This document shows, piece by piece, positions 1 to 8,078 of a stretch of DNA of 64,000 nucleotides (position 1 is the first letter of the stretch; each line of letters starts with the position of its first letter). This DNA is from Terriglobia bacterium. Lineage in GTDB: Bacteria; Acidobacteriota; Terriglobia; Terriglobales; Acidobacteriaceae. The position numbers and the translations under genes were made by a program. Below the pieces are notes generated by a model. It did not search any database, was not told where the DNA came from, and was given only the letters and a program-made list of their open reading frames with translations. The stretch lies in contig JAIQFW010000002.1 of assembly GCA_020073105.1 (NCBI GenBank), positions 6,353 through 70,352 of the forward strand, given 5' to 3'.

Positions 1-1215
1 CGCGAGCGCTATTCCGTCGTGTACGGCGCCAAGGTGAAGGTCAATGAAGGCGACCCGGTCCAGCTCGGCCACGTCATGGTCGAGTGGGATCCGTACACCT
101 TCTCGATCCTGACTGAGATCGGGGGTACGGTGCAGTTCAAGGACCTGCAAGAAGGGGTGACCCTGCACGAAGAAGTGGATGAAGTCACCGGCTTGTCGCG
201 CCACGTGGTGGCGGATTCGCCCGACGAGAAACGCCAGCCGGCCATCGTGATCAAGGGCAAAGCCAGCAAGCGGTACCTCATGCCGTCACGCGCTCACCTT
301 ATGGTGCAGGACGGCGATACCGCCCATCCTGGTGATGTGCTGGCCAAGATCCCGCGTGAGACCACCAAGACCAAGGACATTACCGGTGGTCTGCCGCGCG
401 TGGTCGAGTTGTTCGAAGCCCGCAAGCCGCACGAGACTGCGGTCATCAGCGAAATTGATGGCCTGGTCAAGTTCGGCGAGGTTTCCAAAGGCCAGCGCAA
501 GATGTATGTGGTGGCCGACAACGGCACGGAGAAAGAGTACTCCGTGCCGCGCGGCGTGCACATTAACGTTCAGGAAGGCGAGCGCGTCAAAGCGGGTGAG
601 CCCCTTATGGACGGCCCGCTCAACCCGCACGACATTCTGGCCGTGCTGGGCGAGAAGGAACTGCAGGCTTACCTGGTGAACGAAATCCAGGAGGTCTACC
701 GTCTGCAAGGCGTCAACATCAGCGACAAGCACATCGAGGTGATCGTCCGTCAGATGATGCGTTGGCGCAAAGTGGAAGACGTCGGCGACACTCAGTTCCT
801 GCTGGAGCAGCAAGTCGACAAGTTCCGCTTCAGCGAGGAGAACGAGCGGGTGATTGCGCAGGGCGGGCGTCCGGCGACCGGCCGGCCGCTGCTGCTTGGC
901 ATCACCAAGGCCTCGCTCTCGACCGACTCGTTCATCTCCGCGGCTTCGTTCCAGGAGACCACCCGGGTGCTCACCGAGGCCTCTATCCAGGGGGCCGTCG
1001 ACCATCTGCGCGGTCTGAAGGAAAACGTCATCGTCGGCCGGCTGATTCCAGCCGGCACTGGCATGGAGTACTACCGCAATGTCCGTCTGTCTCCAGAAAT
1101 GGAAGAGGCGGCGGCCAAGGTGCAAGAGGAGGTCTCACAAGCGTACGAGGAGGCCGAGCGCGCGCTCGAGCTGATGCGGCACGAAGGCGAGACCGAAGAG
1201 CTGACAGCGGAGTAA
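1..1215 (+). CDS. rpoC: DNA-directed RNA polymerase subunit beta-prime, C-terminal part (5' end outside window)
   Basis: Frame open from base 1. Motifs [42 protein letters not shown] and [17 protein letters not shown] are conserved C-terminal blocks of beta-prime. Confidence 0.95.
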   Translation, partial: RERYSVVYGAKVKVNEGDPVQLGHVMVEWDPYTFSILTEIGGTVQFKDLQEGVTLHEEVDEVTGLSRHVVADSPDEKRQPAIVIKGKASKRYLMPSRAHLMVQDGDTAHPGDVLAKIPRETTKTKDITGGLPRVVELFEARKPHETAVISEIDGLVKFGEVSKGQRKMYVVADNGTEKEYSVPRGVHINVQEGERVKAGEPLMDGPLNPHDILAVLGEKELQAYLVNEIQEVYRLQGVNISDKHIEVIVRQMMRWRKVEDVGDTQFLLEQQVDKFRFSEENERVIAQGGRPATGRPLLLGITKASLSTDSFISAASFQETTRVLTEASIQGAVDHLRGLKENVIVGRLIPAGTGMEYYRNVRLSPEMEEAAAKVQEEVSQAYEEAERALELMRHEGETEELTAE

Positions 1216-1230
1216 ACTACCTCAAAAGGA

Positions 1231-1266
1231 GCAAGGGGCGGGGAATCCGCCCCTTTGCTTTTTCAG
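1231..1266 (+). terminator. rho-independent terminator after rpoC
   Basis: GCAAGGGGCGG / CCGCCCCTTTGC stem-loop followed by TTTTTC, about 15 nt after the rpoC stop. Confidence 0.75.
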
Positions 1267-1272
1267 TGACCC

Positions 1273-2241
1273 ATGCATGCCAGCCCACAACAAGTGCGAG
1301 AGCAGGAACTCCCGGAGATTTCCCTGTTGTATGACGTCTCCGACGGCGCTACTCTCGGGCCAGTGATCCTGCGTTTTCTACGCCTGCTGCGGCTTGCCTC
1401 CTGGCGCGCATTTCAGCATGACGCGTTCGCCATCGCCAAGGCGTCCGCCTACTCTTCGATTCTGACTTTCTTCCCCAGTTTGCTGGTGGTCGGCTCAGTG
1501 CTGGCCACCTCGCGCAAGACTGAAGCTTACCTGCGTGAGATTTCCTACGCCCTGGGCCGAATTCTTCCCGCCGGCGCCGCCACCGCCCTGGGGTATTTGA
1601 AAGGCACCTCGCTGCAACGCCCCTTGGGTGTGCTGATTACCGCTTCATTGATCACCCTGTGGACCGGATCGGGCGTGATGATTTCCTGGATGGAAGGTTT
1701 CCGCCACGCCTATCAGCTTCCGAAGAAATGGGGGCTGGTCAAGGAGCGAATGATCGCGTTCTCGCTGGTGGTGCTGGCGGGGATCCCGTTGACTTTCGCC
1801 ACCATGCTGGTGGCATTCGGCAGCCGCATCGAGACTCGCATCCTCTTCGAGCTTGGGCACGAGTTCGGCCCGTTGATTCTGCTGATGTGGACCATGATGC
1901 GCTGGCTGATCGCCACCCTCACCAGCATCGCCGTCATCGCACTGATCTATCACAATGCCGTGCCGCGCACCCAGCCTTGGCATAGCGTGTTACCAGGAGC
2001 GACCCTGGCTACCGTTCTCTGGTTCTTGACCACCGCGCTGTTCGGCTGGTATCTGCAGCGCTACGCCGATTACAGCCTGATCTACGGGTCTCTCGGAGTG
2101 GCCATAGCGCTATTGGTTTGGATGTACATGATCTCGCTGATCATTCTTGTGGCTGCCGAGTTTAACGCCATGCTGTTCCCGCGGTCGATGCTGGGGAAAG
2201 AGCTGAAGGAAATGCCCGCGCCGAAGACGGCGACTGTGTGA
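1273..2241 (+). CDS. YihY/BrkB-family inner membrane protein
   Basis: 322-aa polytopic membrane ORF. N-terminal AFAIAKASAYSSILTFFPSLL and C-terminal YGSLGVAIALLVWMYMISLIILVAAEFNA resemble the YihY/ribonuclease BN-like family. Confidence 0.8.
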   Translation: MHASPQQVREQELPEISLLYDVSDGATLGPVILRFLRLLRLASWRAFQHDAFAIAKASAYSSILTFFPSLLVVGSVLATSRKTEAYLREISYALGRILPAGAATALGYLKGTSLQRPLGVLITASLITLWTGSGVMISWMEGFRHAYQLPKKWGLVKERMIAFSLVVLAGIPLTFATMLVAFGSRIETRILFELGHEFGPLILLMWTMMRWLIATLTSIAVIALIYHNAVPRTQPWHSVLPGATLATVLWFLTTALFGWYLQRYADYSLIYGSLGVAIALLVWMYMISLIILVAAEFNAMLFPRSMLGKELKEMPAPKTATV

Positions 2242-2321
2242 AGCGGTACAAGTGGGTGGCGCACGAGCTTTCTATCTTGGGGTGTTGGTTTTCTGTCAGC
2301 GGACAAGCGAACGATCCCTCC

Positions 2322-2618
2322 TCACCACGCCTTGTGCAGCGTCGTGAGTCCGTGCCGATAATCCTCCTCTTCGATTCTGCTCTCCACGCCAAATTCGCTC
2401 AGCAACGTCATCATCTGCCCCACCCGGACTCCGGCAAGCCGGGCCGCCCGGCCCAGAGACGCCTCCCCCTTCTTGTATCTCTCCACCGCCAACAGGACTC
2501 TGCCACGGGTCACCATCTCGCGCACTGCCTTGGACAGATCGCTTTTTTGCTCTTTCGTGAGTTCTTGCAAGAATTCAAAGTTCTCCGGATCCATACGAAT
2601 GCTCATCGTCTTGGTCAT
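2322..2618 (-). CDS. UPF0175-type antitoxin-like protein
   Basis: 98 aa. KGEASLGRAARLAGVRVGQMMTLLSEFGV matches the UPF0175 helix-turn-helix pattern. GGAGG lies 7 nt upstream of the ATG. ATGA overlap with the upstream PIN gene. Confidence 0.7.
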   Translation of the reverse strand: MTKTMSIRMDPENFEFLQELTKEQKSDLSKAVREMVTRGRVLLAVERYKKGEASLGRAARLAGVRVGQMMTLLSEFGVESRIEEEDYRHGLTTLHKAW

Positions 2619-3127
2619 GCCGGCGCCTCCAGTCGCTGTCGGGCGTCATCTAGAATGGATTGCCTATAACGCCCGTACCTTGCCAGCGCGGCGAGCTTCA
2701 CCATCGCTTCACCCGTCGGCAGGAATCCCTTCTCATGCATACGCACCAGGATGCTGATCGCCGTGGTGAAGGCCACTCCCATCAGCTTGCACGCATTGAT
2801 GCCATTCTTGTCGTCGATCCCCAATACCCGCGCGTCTTGGGCGAGAGCCAGGGCAATGGCCTCGGATTCACCCTTGGCAAGTCCGAAGTCTTCTTGCAGT
2901 CTTGCCACCATCTTCTTGTCTTTCACTGCTAGTACGCGGATTTTCGATTGCTCCACTGCCTTTTGAATCATGAAGGCATCCAGAGACTTCTTGATCCCGC
3001 AACATTCCGTCTGAACCTCAGAGGGAATGGCGACCGGGAATCCCACCCGATCCAGAAACAGGTCGAGCATCTCGGCCTTCGCCAAGAGGATCAGCGTCGA
3101 GGCATCGAAGACGAACGTGTATGACAA
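2615..3127 (-). CDS. PIN-domain (DUF3368-like) toxin-like protein
   Basis: 170 aa. FVFDAS at the N-terminus (first PIN acidic residue), then GESEAIALA and GIDDKNG acidic motifs. TTG start with no obvious Shine-Dalgarno sequence. Confidence 0.7.
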   Translation of the reverse strand: MSYTFVFDASTLILLAKAEMLDLFLDRVGFPVAIPSEVQTECCGIKKSLDAFMIQKAVEQSKIRVLAVKDKKMVARLQEDFGLAKGESEAIALALAQDARVLGIDDKNGINACKLMGVAFTTAISILVRMHEKGFLPTGEAMVKLAALARYGRYRQSILDDARQRLEAPA

Positions 3128-3131
3128 TCTA

Positions 3132-3143
3132 TTACATATGTAA
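3132..3143. promoter_or_regulatory. perfect 12-bp palindrome TTACATATGTAA just upstream of the PIN gene start (candidate operator)
   Basis: Read directly. Lies in the only AT-rich stretch of the divergent PIN/pyk spacer, 5 nt from the TTG start. Confidence 0.3.
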
Positions 3144-3318
3144 GTATAGCATAAACCTCCTTCTTCTGTTCGCTATTTTTTCGCCAATCCTCTGGTCCAG
3201 GAACTTAGCTTGGCCGTCCTCAAGCCTATGTTCCCATATACAATGTCTTCTCTCACTCCAACTCTGATCGAGGAGCCATTTGCCTCTGGGCAAACCCTTG
3301 GTACAACCGGGCGTCGTT

Positions 3319-4797
3319 ATGCCGGCCTCGCGCCGCGCCAAGATCATCTGCACCATCGGCCCCTCGTGCCACCATGAACCCGCCTTGCGCGACCTGATGC
3401 GGCTGGGCATGGACGTGGCCCGGCTCAACTTTTCGCACGGCACCCACAAGGATCACGGGCAGGTCATTGAGCGGCTACGCTTGGCTGCAAAGCACGAGAA
3501 GCGCACCATTTGCATCCTGCAGGACCTGCAAGGCCCTAAAATCCGCACCGGGCCGCTGACAGACCACGTTCCCGTCACGCTCAAGACCGGATCAAGGGTC
3601 ACGATCACCCCGCGCGAGATTGAAGGCACGGCGTCGCTGCTTTCAACCACGTTTCAGGGCTTGGCGCGAGAGGTCCAGCCGGGCGCCCGCATCCTGCTCT
3701 CCGATGGTTTGATCGAGCTCCGTGTCCTCCGCGTGCGCGGACGAGATGTGGAATGTAAGGTGGTCAACGGGGGCGAGCTTGGGGAGCACAAGGGCATCAA
3801 TCTGCCAGGAATCGCCCTTTCCATTCCCGCACTCACCGAGAAGGACCGTGCCGACCTCAAGTTCGGTCTCACACATGGCGTGGACGTGGTCGCGATGTCA
3901 TTCGTGCGCTCTGCGGCCGATGTCCGCATGGTGAAAGACGTCATTGCTAAGCACGGCAGCGACGTTCCCGTGATCGCCAAGCTGGAGAAGCCGCAGGCGC
4001 TGGAGAAACTGGAAGAGATTTTCGAAACAACCGACGGCGTCATGGTGGCACGCGGTGACTTGGGCGTCGAGATGCCGCCGGAAAAGGTCCCGGTCATTCA
4101 GAAGCACATCATCCGTCGCGCGGCGGAGTGGCGGAAGCCGGTGATTACGGCGACCCAGATGCTCGAATCCATGATCGAGAACCCGCGTCCCACGCGGGCA
4201 GAAGCCAGCGACGTGGCCAATGCCATCTTCGACGGCACCGATGCGGTCATGCTCTCTGCCGAAACCGCCAACGGGAGGTATCCTAGAGAGGCTGTGGCGA
4301 TGATGGCAAAGATCGTGGTCGAGGCCGAGCAGAACATGCGGGACTTCCTCCGGCGCCGCCGTGAACGGCACTCGCTCAGCATTGCCGAGACCATTTGCGA
4401 GTCCATTTCGCATGCCGCCGAAGATTTGCACATGGGTGCCATCGCCGTGTTCACCGACTCCGGAAATACCGCCCGCATGATTTCCAAGTACCGCCCCAAA
4501 GCCCGCATCTATGCCTTCAGCCGGACGCAGCCGGTTTGCAATCGCATGAACCTTCTCTGGGGTGTACAACCCCTGCGCCACGAAAAGGCACACAACGCTG
4601 ATGGCATGGTGGCCGCCGCTGAGCGAGAACTGCTTCGCCTTGGAAAAATCAAGGTTGGCGATGTGCTGGGCGTAGTGGCAGGTACGCAGATGGCATCGGG
4701 CTCGACCAATTTCATGAGGCTTCATGCGGTGACGGCGAAGGAGGCTCGATCAGCCGCACCCGGACGGAAACGCCGGATCACCTACAGGAAACGATAA
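3319..4797 (+). CDS. pyk: pyruvate kinase
   Basis: RRAKIICTIGPS, MDVARLNFSHG, IAKLEKPQA, MVARGDLGVE and TQMLESM motifs. Start moved to the internal ATG (MPASRRAKI). Confidence 0.93.
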   Translation: MPASRRAKIICTIGPSCHHEPALRDLMRLGMDVARLNFSHGTHKDHGQVIERLRLAAKHEKRTICILQDLQGPKIRTGPLTDHVPVTLKTGSRVTITPREIEGTASLLSTTFQGLAREVQPGARILLSDGLIELRVLRVRGRDVECKVVNGGELGEHKGINLPGIALSIPALTEKDRADLKFGLTHGVDVVAMSFVRSAADVRMVKDVIAKHGSDVPVIAKLEKPQALEKLEEIFETTDGVMVARGDLGVEMPPEKVPVIQKHIIRRAAEWRKPVITATQMLESMIENPRPTRAEASDVANAIFDGTDAVMLSAETANGRYPREAVAMMAKIVVEAEQNMRDFLRRRRERHSLSIAETICESISHAAEDLHMGAIAVFTDSGNTARMISKYRPKARIYAFSRTQPVCNRMNLLWGVQPLRHEKAHNADGMVAAAERELLRLGKIKVGDVLGVVAGTQMASGSTNFMRLHAVTAKEARSAAPGRKRRITYRKR

Positions 4798-4803
4798 CTG
4801 CGC

Positions 4804-5094
4804 ATGTCCCAAGAGATACTGTCCATCGCGATCTTTGAGCCCGTGGCGGGCAGTGAAGAGGCAGCGCTCGCCAGCATGAAGGACCTAACGGCGGCGCTCG
4901 CCCGTGGCGGCTACAGCCGGGATTCCTTGTATCGCGACGAGAAGTCCCACACCCAGTATGTGTTGCTGCGTTACTGGAAGTCGGAGGCGGCACGCCGCGC
5001 TGCCCTCGAAGATCCCGAGGTGCTGCGCTGCTGGGCACGGTTGGCGCACGAAGTCCGCATCCTGAAAGTCCTCGAAACGCTGGAAGAAATCTGA
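4804..5094 (+). CDS. small ABM (antibiotic biosynthesis monooxygenase)-like domain protein
   Basis: 96 aa. The pattern (IAIFEP..., YVLLRYWKSEAARRAA) resembles ABM/Dabb ferredoxin-like domains. Starts 6 nt after the pyk stop. Confidence 0.55.
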   Translation: MSQEILSIAIFEPVAGSEEAALASMKDLTAALARGGYSRDSLYRDEKSHTQYVLLRYWKSEAARRAALEDPEVLRCWARLAHEVRILKVLETLEEI

Positions 5095-5768
5095 TGATGG
5101 CGACTGGTTCGAGCGGAACTCCGTTCACCGACGCAGCCGTTGATCCTCCGGTCCGCGGTTTTCTCCACACGCCAGCTACCCCTGCGAAAGATGGCTTGGT
5201 GCTGACCCACGGCGCCGGAGGCAACGCCAAGAGTGCGCTGCTGGTGGCGCTGGCGGGGGCATTTTCCCAGGTAGGTTTTACGGTGTTGCGCTGCGATCTG
5301 CCTTTTCGCCAAGCGCGGTCCTTCGGGCCGCCCAGGCCAGGTGACGCCAGCCGGGACCGCCAGGGCTTAAAGAACACCGTGGCTGCCTTACGAAAGCTAG
5401 TCCCGGGGCGAGTTTTTCTGGGCGGGCAATCCTACGGCGGCCGGCAGGCATCGATGCTGTGCGCGGAAGAAGCTGAAGTGGCGGACGGCCTGCTCCTGCT
5501 TTCGTACCCTCTGCATGCCCCGGGCAAGCCGGACCAACTCCGCACCCAGCACCTGCCCCAGCTGCAGGTCCCCGTTCTCTTCGTTCACGGAACGCGGGAC
5601 CCATTTGGCTCGATCGAAGAGATGCAGGCGGCAATAAAGCTGGTTCCGGCGAAGACATCCCTGCTGCGCGTCGAGGGCGCAGGCCACGACCTCGGACTCA
5701 AGGGGAAGAAAAAGCTGGAGAGCCTGCCTGAGACTGTCTTGTCTGAGTTTCGGAAGGTGTTTACTTGA
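5094..5768 (+). CDS. alpha/beta-fold hydrolase (dienelactone hydrolase-like)
   Basis: GGQSYGG nucleophile elbow (GxSxG), HGTRDPFG and GAGHDL occur in Ser-Asp-His order. TGATG overlap with the previous gene. Confidence 0.75.
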   Translation: MMATGSSGTPFTDAAVDPPVRGFLHTPATPAKDGLVLTHGAGGNAKSALLVALAGAFSQVGFTVLRCDLPFRQARSFGPPRPGDASRDRQGLKNTVAALRKLVPGRVFLGGQSYGGRQASMLCAEEAEVADGLLLLSYPLHAPGKPDQLRTQHLPQLQVPVLFVHGTRDPFGSIEEMQAAIKLVPAKTSLLRVEGAGHDLGLKGKKKLESLPETVLSEFRKVFT

Positions 5769-5784
5769 ACCGCTGGAATCCATG

Positions 5785-5845
5785 TTGATCCGCGAGAATC
5801 CGTCGCGTCTTACGCTTTTCTGGATCTGCGTTGCTCTGCGAAACC
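5785..5845 (+). repeat. 10-nt-periodic ATCYGCG repeat unit(s)
   Basis: TTGATCCGCGAGAATCCGTCGCG...GGATCTGCGTTGCTCTGCGAAACC, between the convergent hydrolase and rhomboid genes. Confidence 0.7.
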
Positions 5846-5858
5846 TGCTGCGGTGGGT

Positions 5859-6575
5859 TCAGTTCACCCAGCCCGACTTTGACCCGCCGTTCTTCTTGTC
5901 AATTTCATCCGGAGGAACGTAGTTGCCGTGCTCGTCGAAGGTCACGGTGCGGTCGTGCTTGCGCATGTAGACTTCGAACTTGCGCGCGGCGCGGCGGCGC
6001 TTCCAGCGGTAGTACGAGTTGCGCAGGCTGAAGTAGCGCTCCGAGGTGCCAAACATCAGCCCTCGTTTTGGCAGGAACTTGATGTAGAGAAATCCGAAGA
6101 GCAGCCCGCCGAGGTGGGCGAAATTTGCGATCCCGCCTTGCGACGGCTGGAAGGTCGCGATGACCACCAGAAAAATCATGATGGCGACCATATATTTGGC
6201 CTTCATCATGAAGAAACTGACCAGATTGTTTCTACTTCGCCAGATTCTGTTCGCTGACAGGTAGAACTCCAGAAATTTCTTCGATCCCCAGTCGACTTCC
6301 TCCTGCGCGCCAAACATCCAGAGCATCAGCATATTGATCAGCACATGACCGACGCTGGCGTGCAAGAACGAATAAGTGATGAGCTGCCAGATCCAGCCAT
6401 GGACGACCGCCGCGGGAATGAGTGCGCCGAAGGTGATCAGGTACGATCCAGCCATTGGGGAAAACGCGCCCAGCACCACTTGCAGGAAGTAGACTGCGAC
6501 GCAGCCAATGACGATCCTCTTCACCCAGGGGGTGAAGGGAGGAAAACTCAGCGAGAGCGTTCGTCCGCGATTCAT
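5859..6575 (-). CDS. rhomboid-family membrane protein, apparently lacking the catalytic GxSG helix
   Basis: WQLITYSFLHASVGHVLINMLMLWMFG (HxxxN) and ANFAHLGGLLFG are rhomboid TM2 and TM6 signatures. No GxSG motif lies between them. Confidence 0.8.
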   Translation of the reverse strand: MNRGRTLSLSFPPFTPWVKRIVIGCVAVYFLQVVLGAFSPMAGSYLITFGALIPAAVVHGWIWQLITYSFLHASVGHVLINMLMLWMFGAQEEVDWGSKKFLEFYLSANRIWRSRNNLVSFFMMKAKYMVAIMIFLVVIATFQPSQGGIANFAHLGGLLFGFLYIKFLPKRGLMFGTSERYFSLRNSYYRWKRRRAARKFEVYMRKHDRTVTFDEHGNYVPPDEIDKKNGGSKSGWVN

Positions 6576-6851
6576 GAAGTCGTCATTCGTCGTGAGCGCG
6601 CCGAGTACGGTTAGAAGACCGCAGTTGCCGACCTAGCAATCTTATCAGTTCGCCTCGCCGCTCTGGCAGCGGCACCGCCGGCAAGCTACGGTCGCCGAAT
6701 CTGGTGGCGGGTCTTGTCGCAATTCCCGCCTTTTGTCAAGGCCCGCCCGCCCCTGCACAGAGGATCGATTTCAGCAGATAAGCACTTGACCGCAGCCGCC
6801 AGAGTCACTAAATATTATCAGGGAGCCCTAATTGGACGGAGGCACGTGAGC

Positions 6852-7052
6852 ATGGTTTATTGTCCTGAATGTGAGAGCAACCTGGACATCGATGAAGACG
6901 AAGTGGACGAAGGTGAAATCGTCACCTGCCCGGAGTGTGGCACCGATTTTGAAGTGGTGACCGTTAGCCCCCTTGCGCTAAAGGCGGTGGACGAGAATGA
7001 ATACGAGGAGGACGACGAGGAAGAGGATGCCGAAGACGGTGACTACTCCTGA
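6852..7052 (+). CDS. LysW-like zinc-ribbon protein with acidic tail
   Basis: 66 aa from the internal ATG with GGAGG upstream. CPEC...CPECG ribbon and an EYEEDDEEEDAEDGDYS tail. Confidence 0.6.
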   Translation: MVYCPECESNLDIDEDEVDEGEIVTCPECGTDFEVVTVSPLALKAVDENEYEEDDEEEDAEDGDYS

Positions 7053-7476
7053 GTTCCGCCCACGCTTGCGCTCCCTCCTTTCACGTCTCACCTGCCGTAA
7101 CGCCCGCGTAGTGCTCCTTGGAGTGATCTTCTGCCTAGCTGGCCTCTCTGCTGCCGCCGGCAGCGATTCTAAGAAGAATGCGCAAAAGCCCTACGCCCTG
7201 ATCTTCGGAACGGTGTGGGGGCCCGACAGCCAGCCGGTTTACGGGGTGAAGGTCAAGATCCGGCGCGCGAAGGAGAAGAAAGCACGCTGGGAGCTCTATT
7301 CCAATCACACCGGAGAGTTTGCCCAGCGCGTGCCCGCCGCCCGGGAAGATTACGTAATCTGGGCCGACTTGGGTGGCTATAAATCACAGAATGGAAAGCA
7401 CTTACATCGCGGCGAAGAAGCCCGGGCCCACGTCGAATACGACGAGCGCGTCGACACCAGTTTGCATCTAAAATAA
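7027..7476 (+). CDS. secreted carboxypeptidase-regulatory-like (Ig-like) domain protein
   Basis: Signal-like VVLLGVIFCLAGLSAAAG, then IFGTVWGPDSQPVYGVKVKI...SNHTGEF. Overlaps the previous gene by 26 nt if this ATG is used. Confidence 0.6.
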   Translation: MPKTVTTPEFRPRLRSLLSRLTCRNARVVLLGVIFCLAGLSAAAGSDSKKNAQKPYALIFGTVWGPDSQPVYGVKVKIRRAKEKKARWELYSNHTGEFAQRVPAAREDYVIWADLGGYKSQNGKHLHRGEEARAHVEYDERVDTSLHLK

Positions 7477-7518
7477 GAGCGTTCCTGACAGGACTGTTTG
7501 GCAGGCGGAGGCACTGGC

Positions 7519-7881
7519 ATGAAAAGGTTCCGAGTAGCCGTCCTCGTGATGCTGCTGACGAGCTTTGCCTTGGCTGCGAATCCCTACGGCCCCAAGGACA
7601 AGGAGAAGGTCAGTGCCGGGCGCATGCTGACCGGCAGAGTGCTCGACAAACGCGATAACCCCGTCGTGAATGCCGTGGTCTATCTTTCCAACACTCGTAC
7701 CCGGGCGATGAAGAGCTACATCGTGGGTTCCGACGGCAACTATCGTTTTCCTGAGCTCTCGCCCAACGTCGATTACGAAGTTTACGCCCAGTTCAAGGGC
7801 CAGAAGAGCGACACCAAGACGGTGAGCCAATTCGATGACCGGAAGCAGGTAAACATCGTCTTGCGGATCGACGTGAAGTAA
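7519..7881 (+). CDS. secreted carboxypeptidase-regulatory-like domain protein (paralogue of previous)
   Basis: Signal peptide MKRFRVAVLVMLLTSFALA, then LTGRVLDKRDNPVVNAVVYL...SDGNYRFPEL. Confidence 0.65.
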   Translation: MKRFRVAVLVMLLTSFALAANPYGPKDKEKVSAGRMLTGRVLDKRDNPVVNAVVYLSNTRTRAMKSYIVGSDGNYRFPELSPNVDYEVYAQFKGQKSDTKTVSQFDDRKQVNIVLRIDVK

Positions 7882-7885
7882 CCCC

Positions 7886-7927
7886 TTCGCCGCGGATTCA
7901 CGCGGATAAACGCAGATCAAGAAAATT
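7886..7927 (-). repeat. ATCYGCG-type unit (left arm of an inverted pair with 8037-8078)
   Basis: GCCGCGGATTCACGCGGATAAACGCAGATCAAGAAAAT; CGCGGAT/CGCAGAT recur every 10 nt. Confidence 0.8.
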
Positions 7928-8012
7928 AAGAATATGGGCGCGAGCGCGCCCATGCGGGAGCCAATCATGTTCAATCATGTCATCTAGGCCGGAGCGAATG
8001 ATAACAAAGAGT

Positions 8013-8040
8013 AAAGGCCGCCATTTCTGGCGGCCTTTTC
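8013..8040. terminator. bidirectional terminator-like hairpin between convergent genes
   Basis: AAAGGCCGCC-ATTTCT-GGCGGCCTTT, with T/A runs on both sides. Confidence 0.5.
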
Positions 8041-8078
8041 AATCCGCGTTCATCTGCGTAAATCCGCGGCGAAAGATT
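8037..8078 (+). repeat. ATCYGCG-type unit (right arm)
   Basis: TTTCAATCCGCGTTCATCTGCGTAAATCCGCGGCGAAAGATT abuts the rpsA stop codon. Confidence 0.8.

Noticed and set aside
2250-3250. Toxin-antitoxin pair as part of a mobile island
   Set aside because: No integrase or transposase, no flanking direct repeats, and no tRNA. Only the immediate promoter region is AT-rich.
6852-7052. Calling this gene lysW
   Set aside because: The zinc ribbon and acidic tail fit, but the conserved C-terminal EDWGE glutamate and all lysX/Y/Z/J/K neighbours are missing. Gene symbol left empty.
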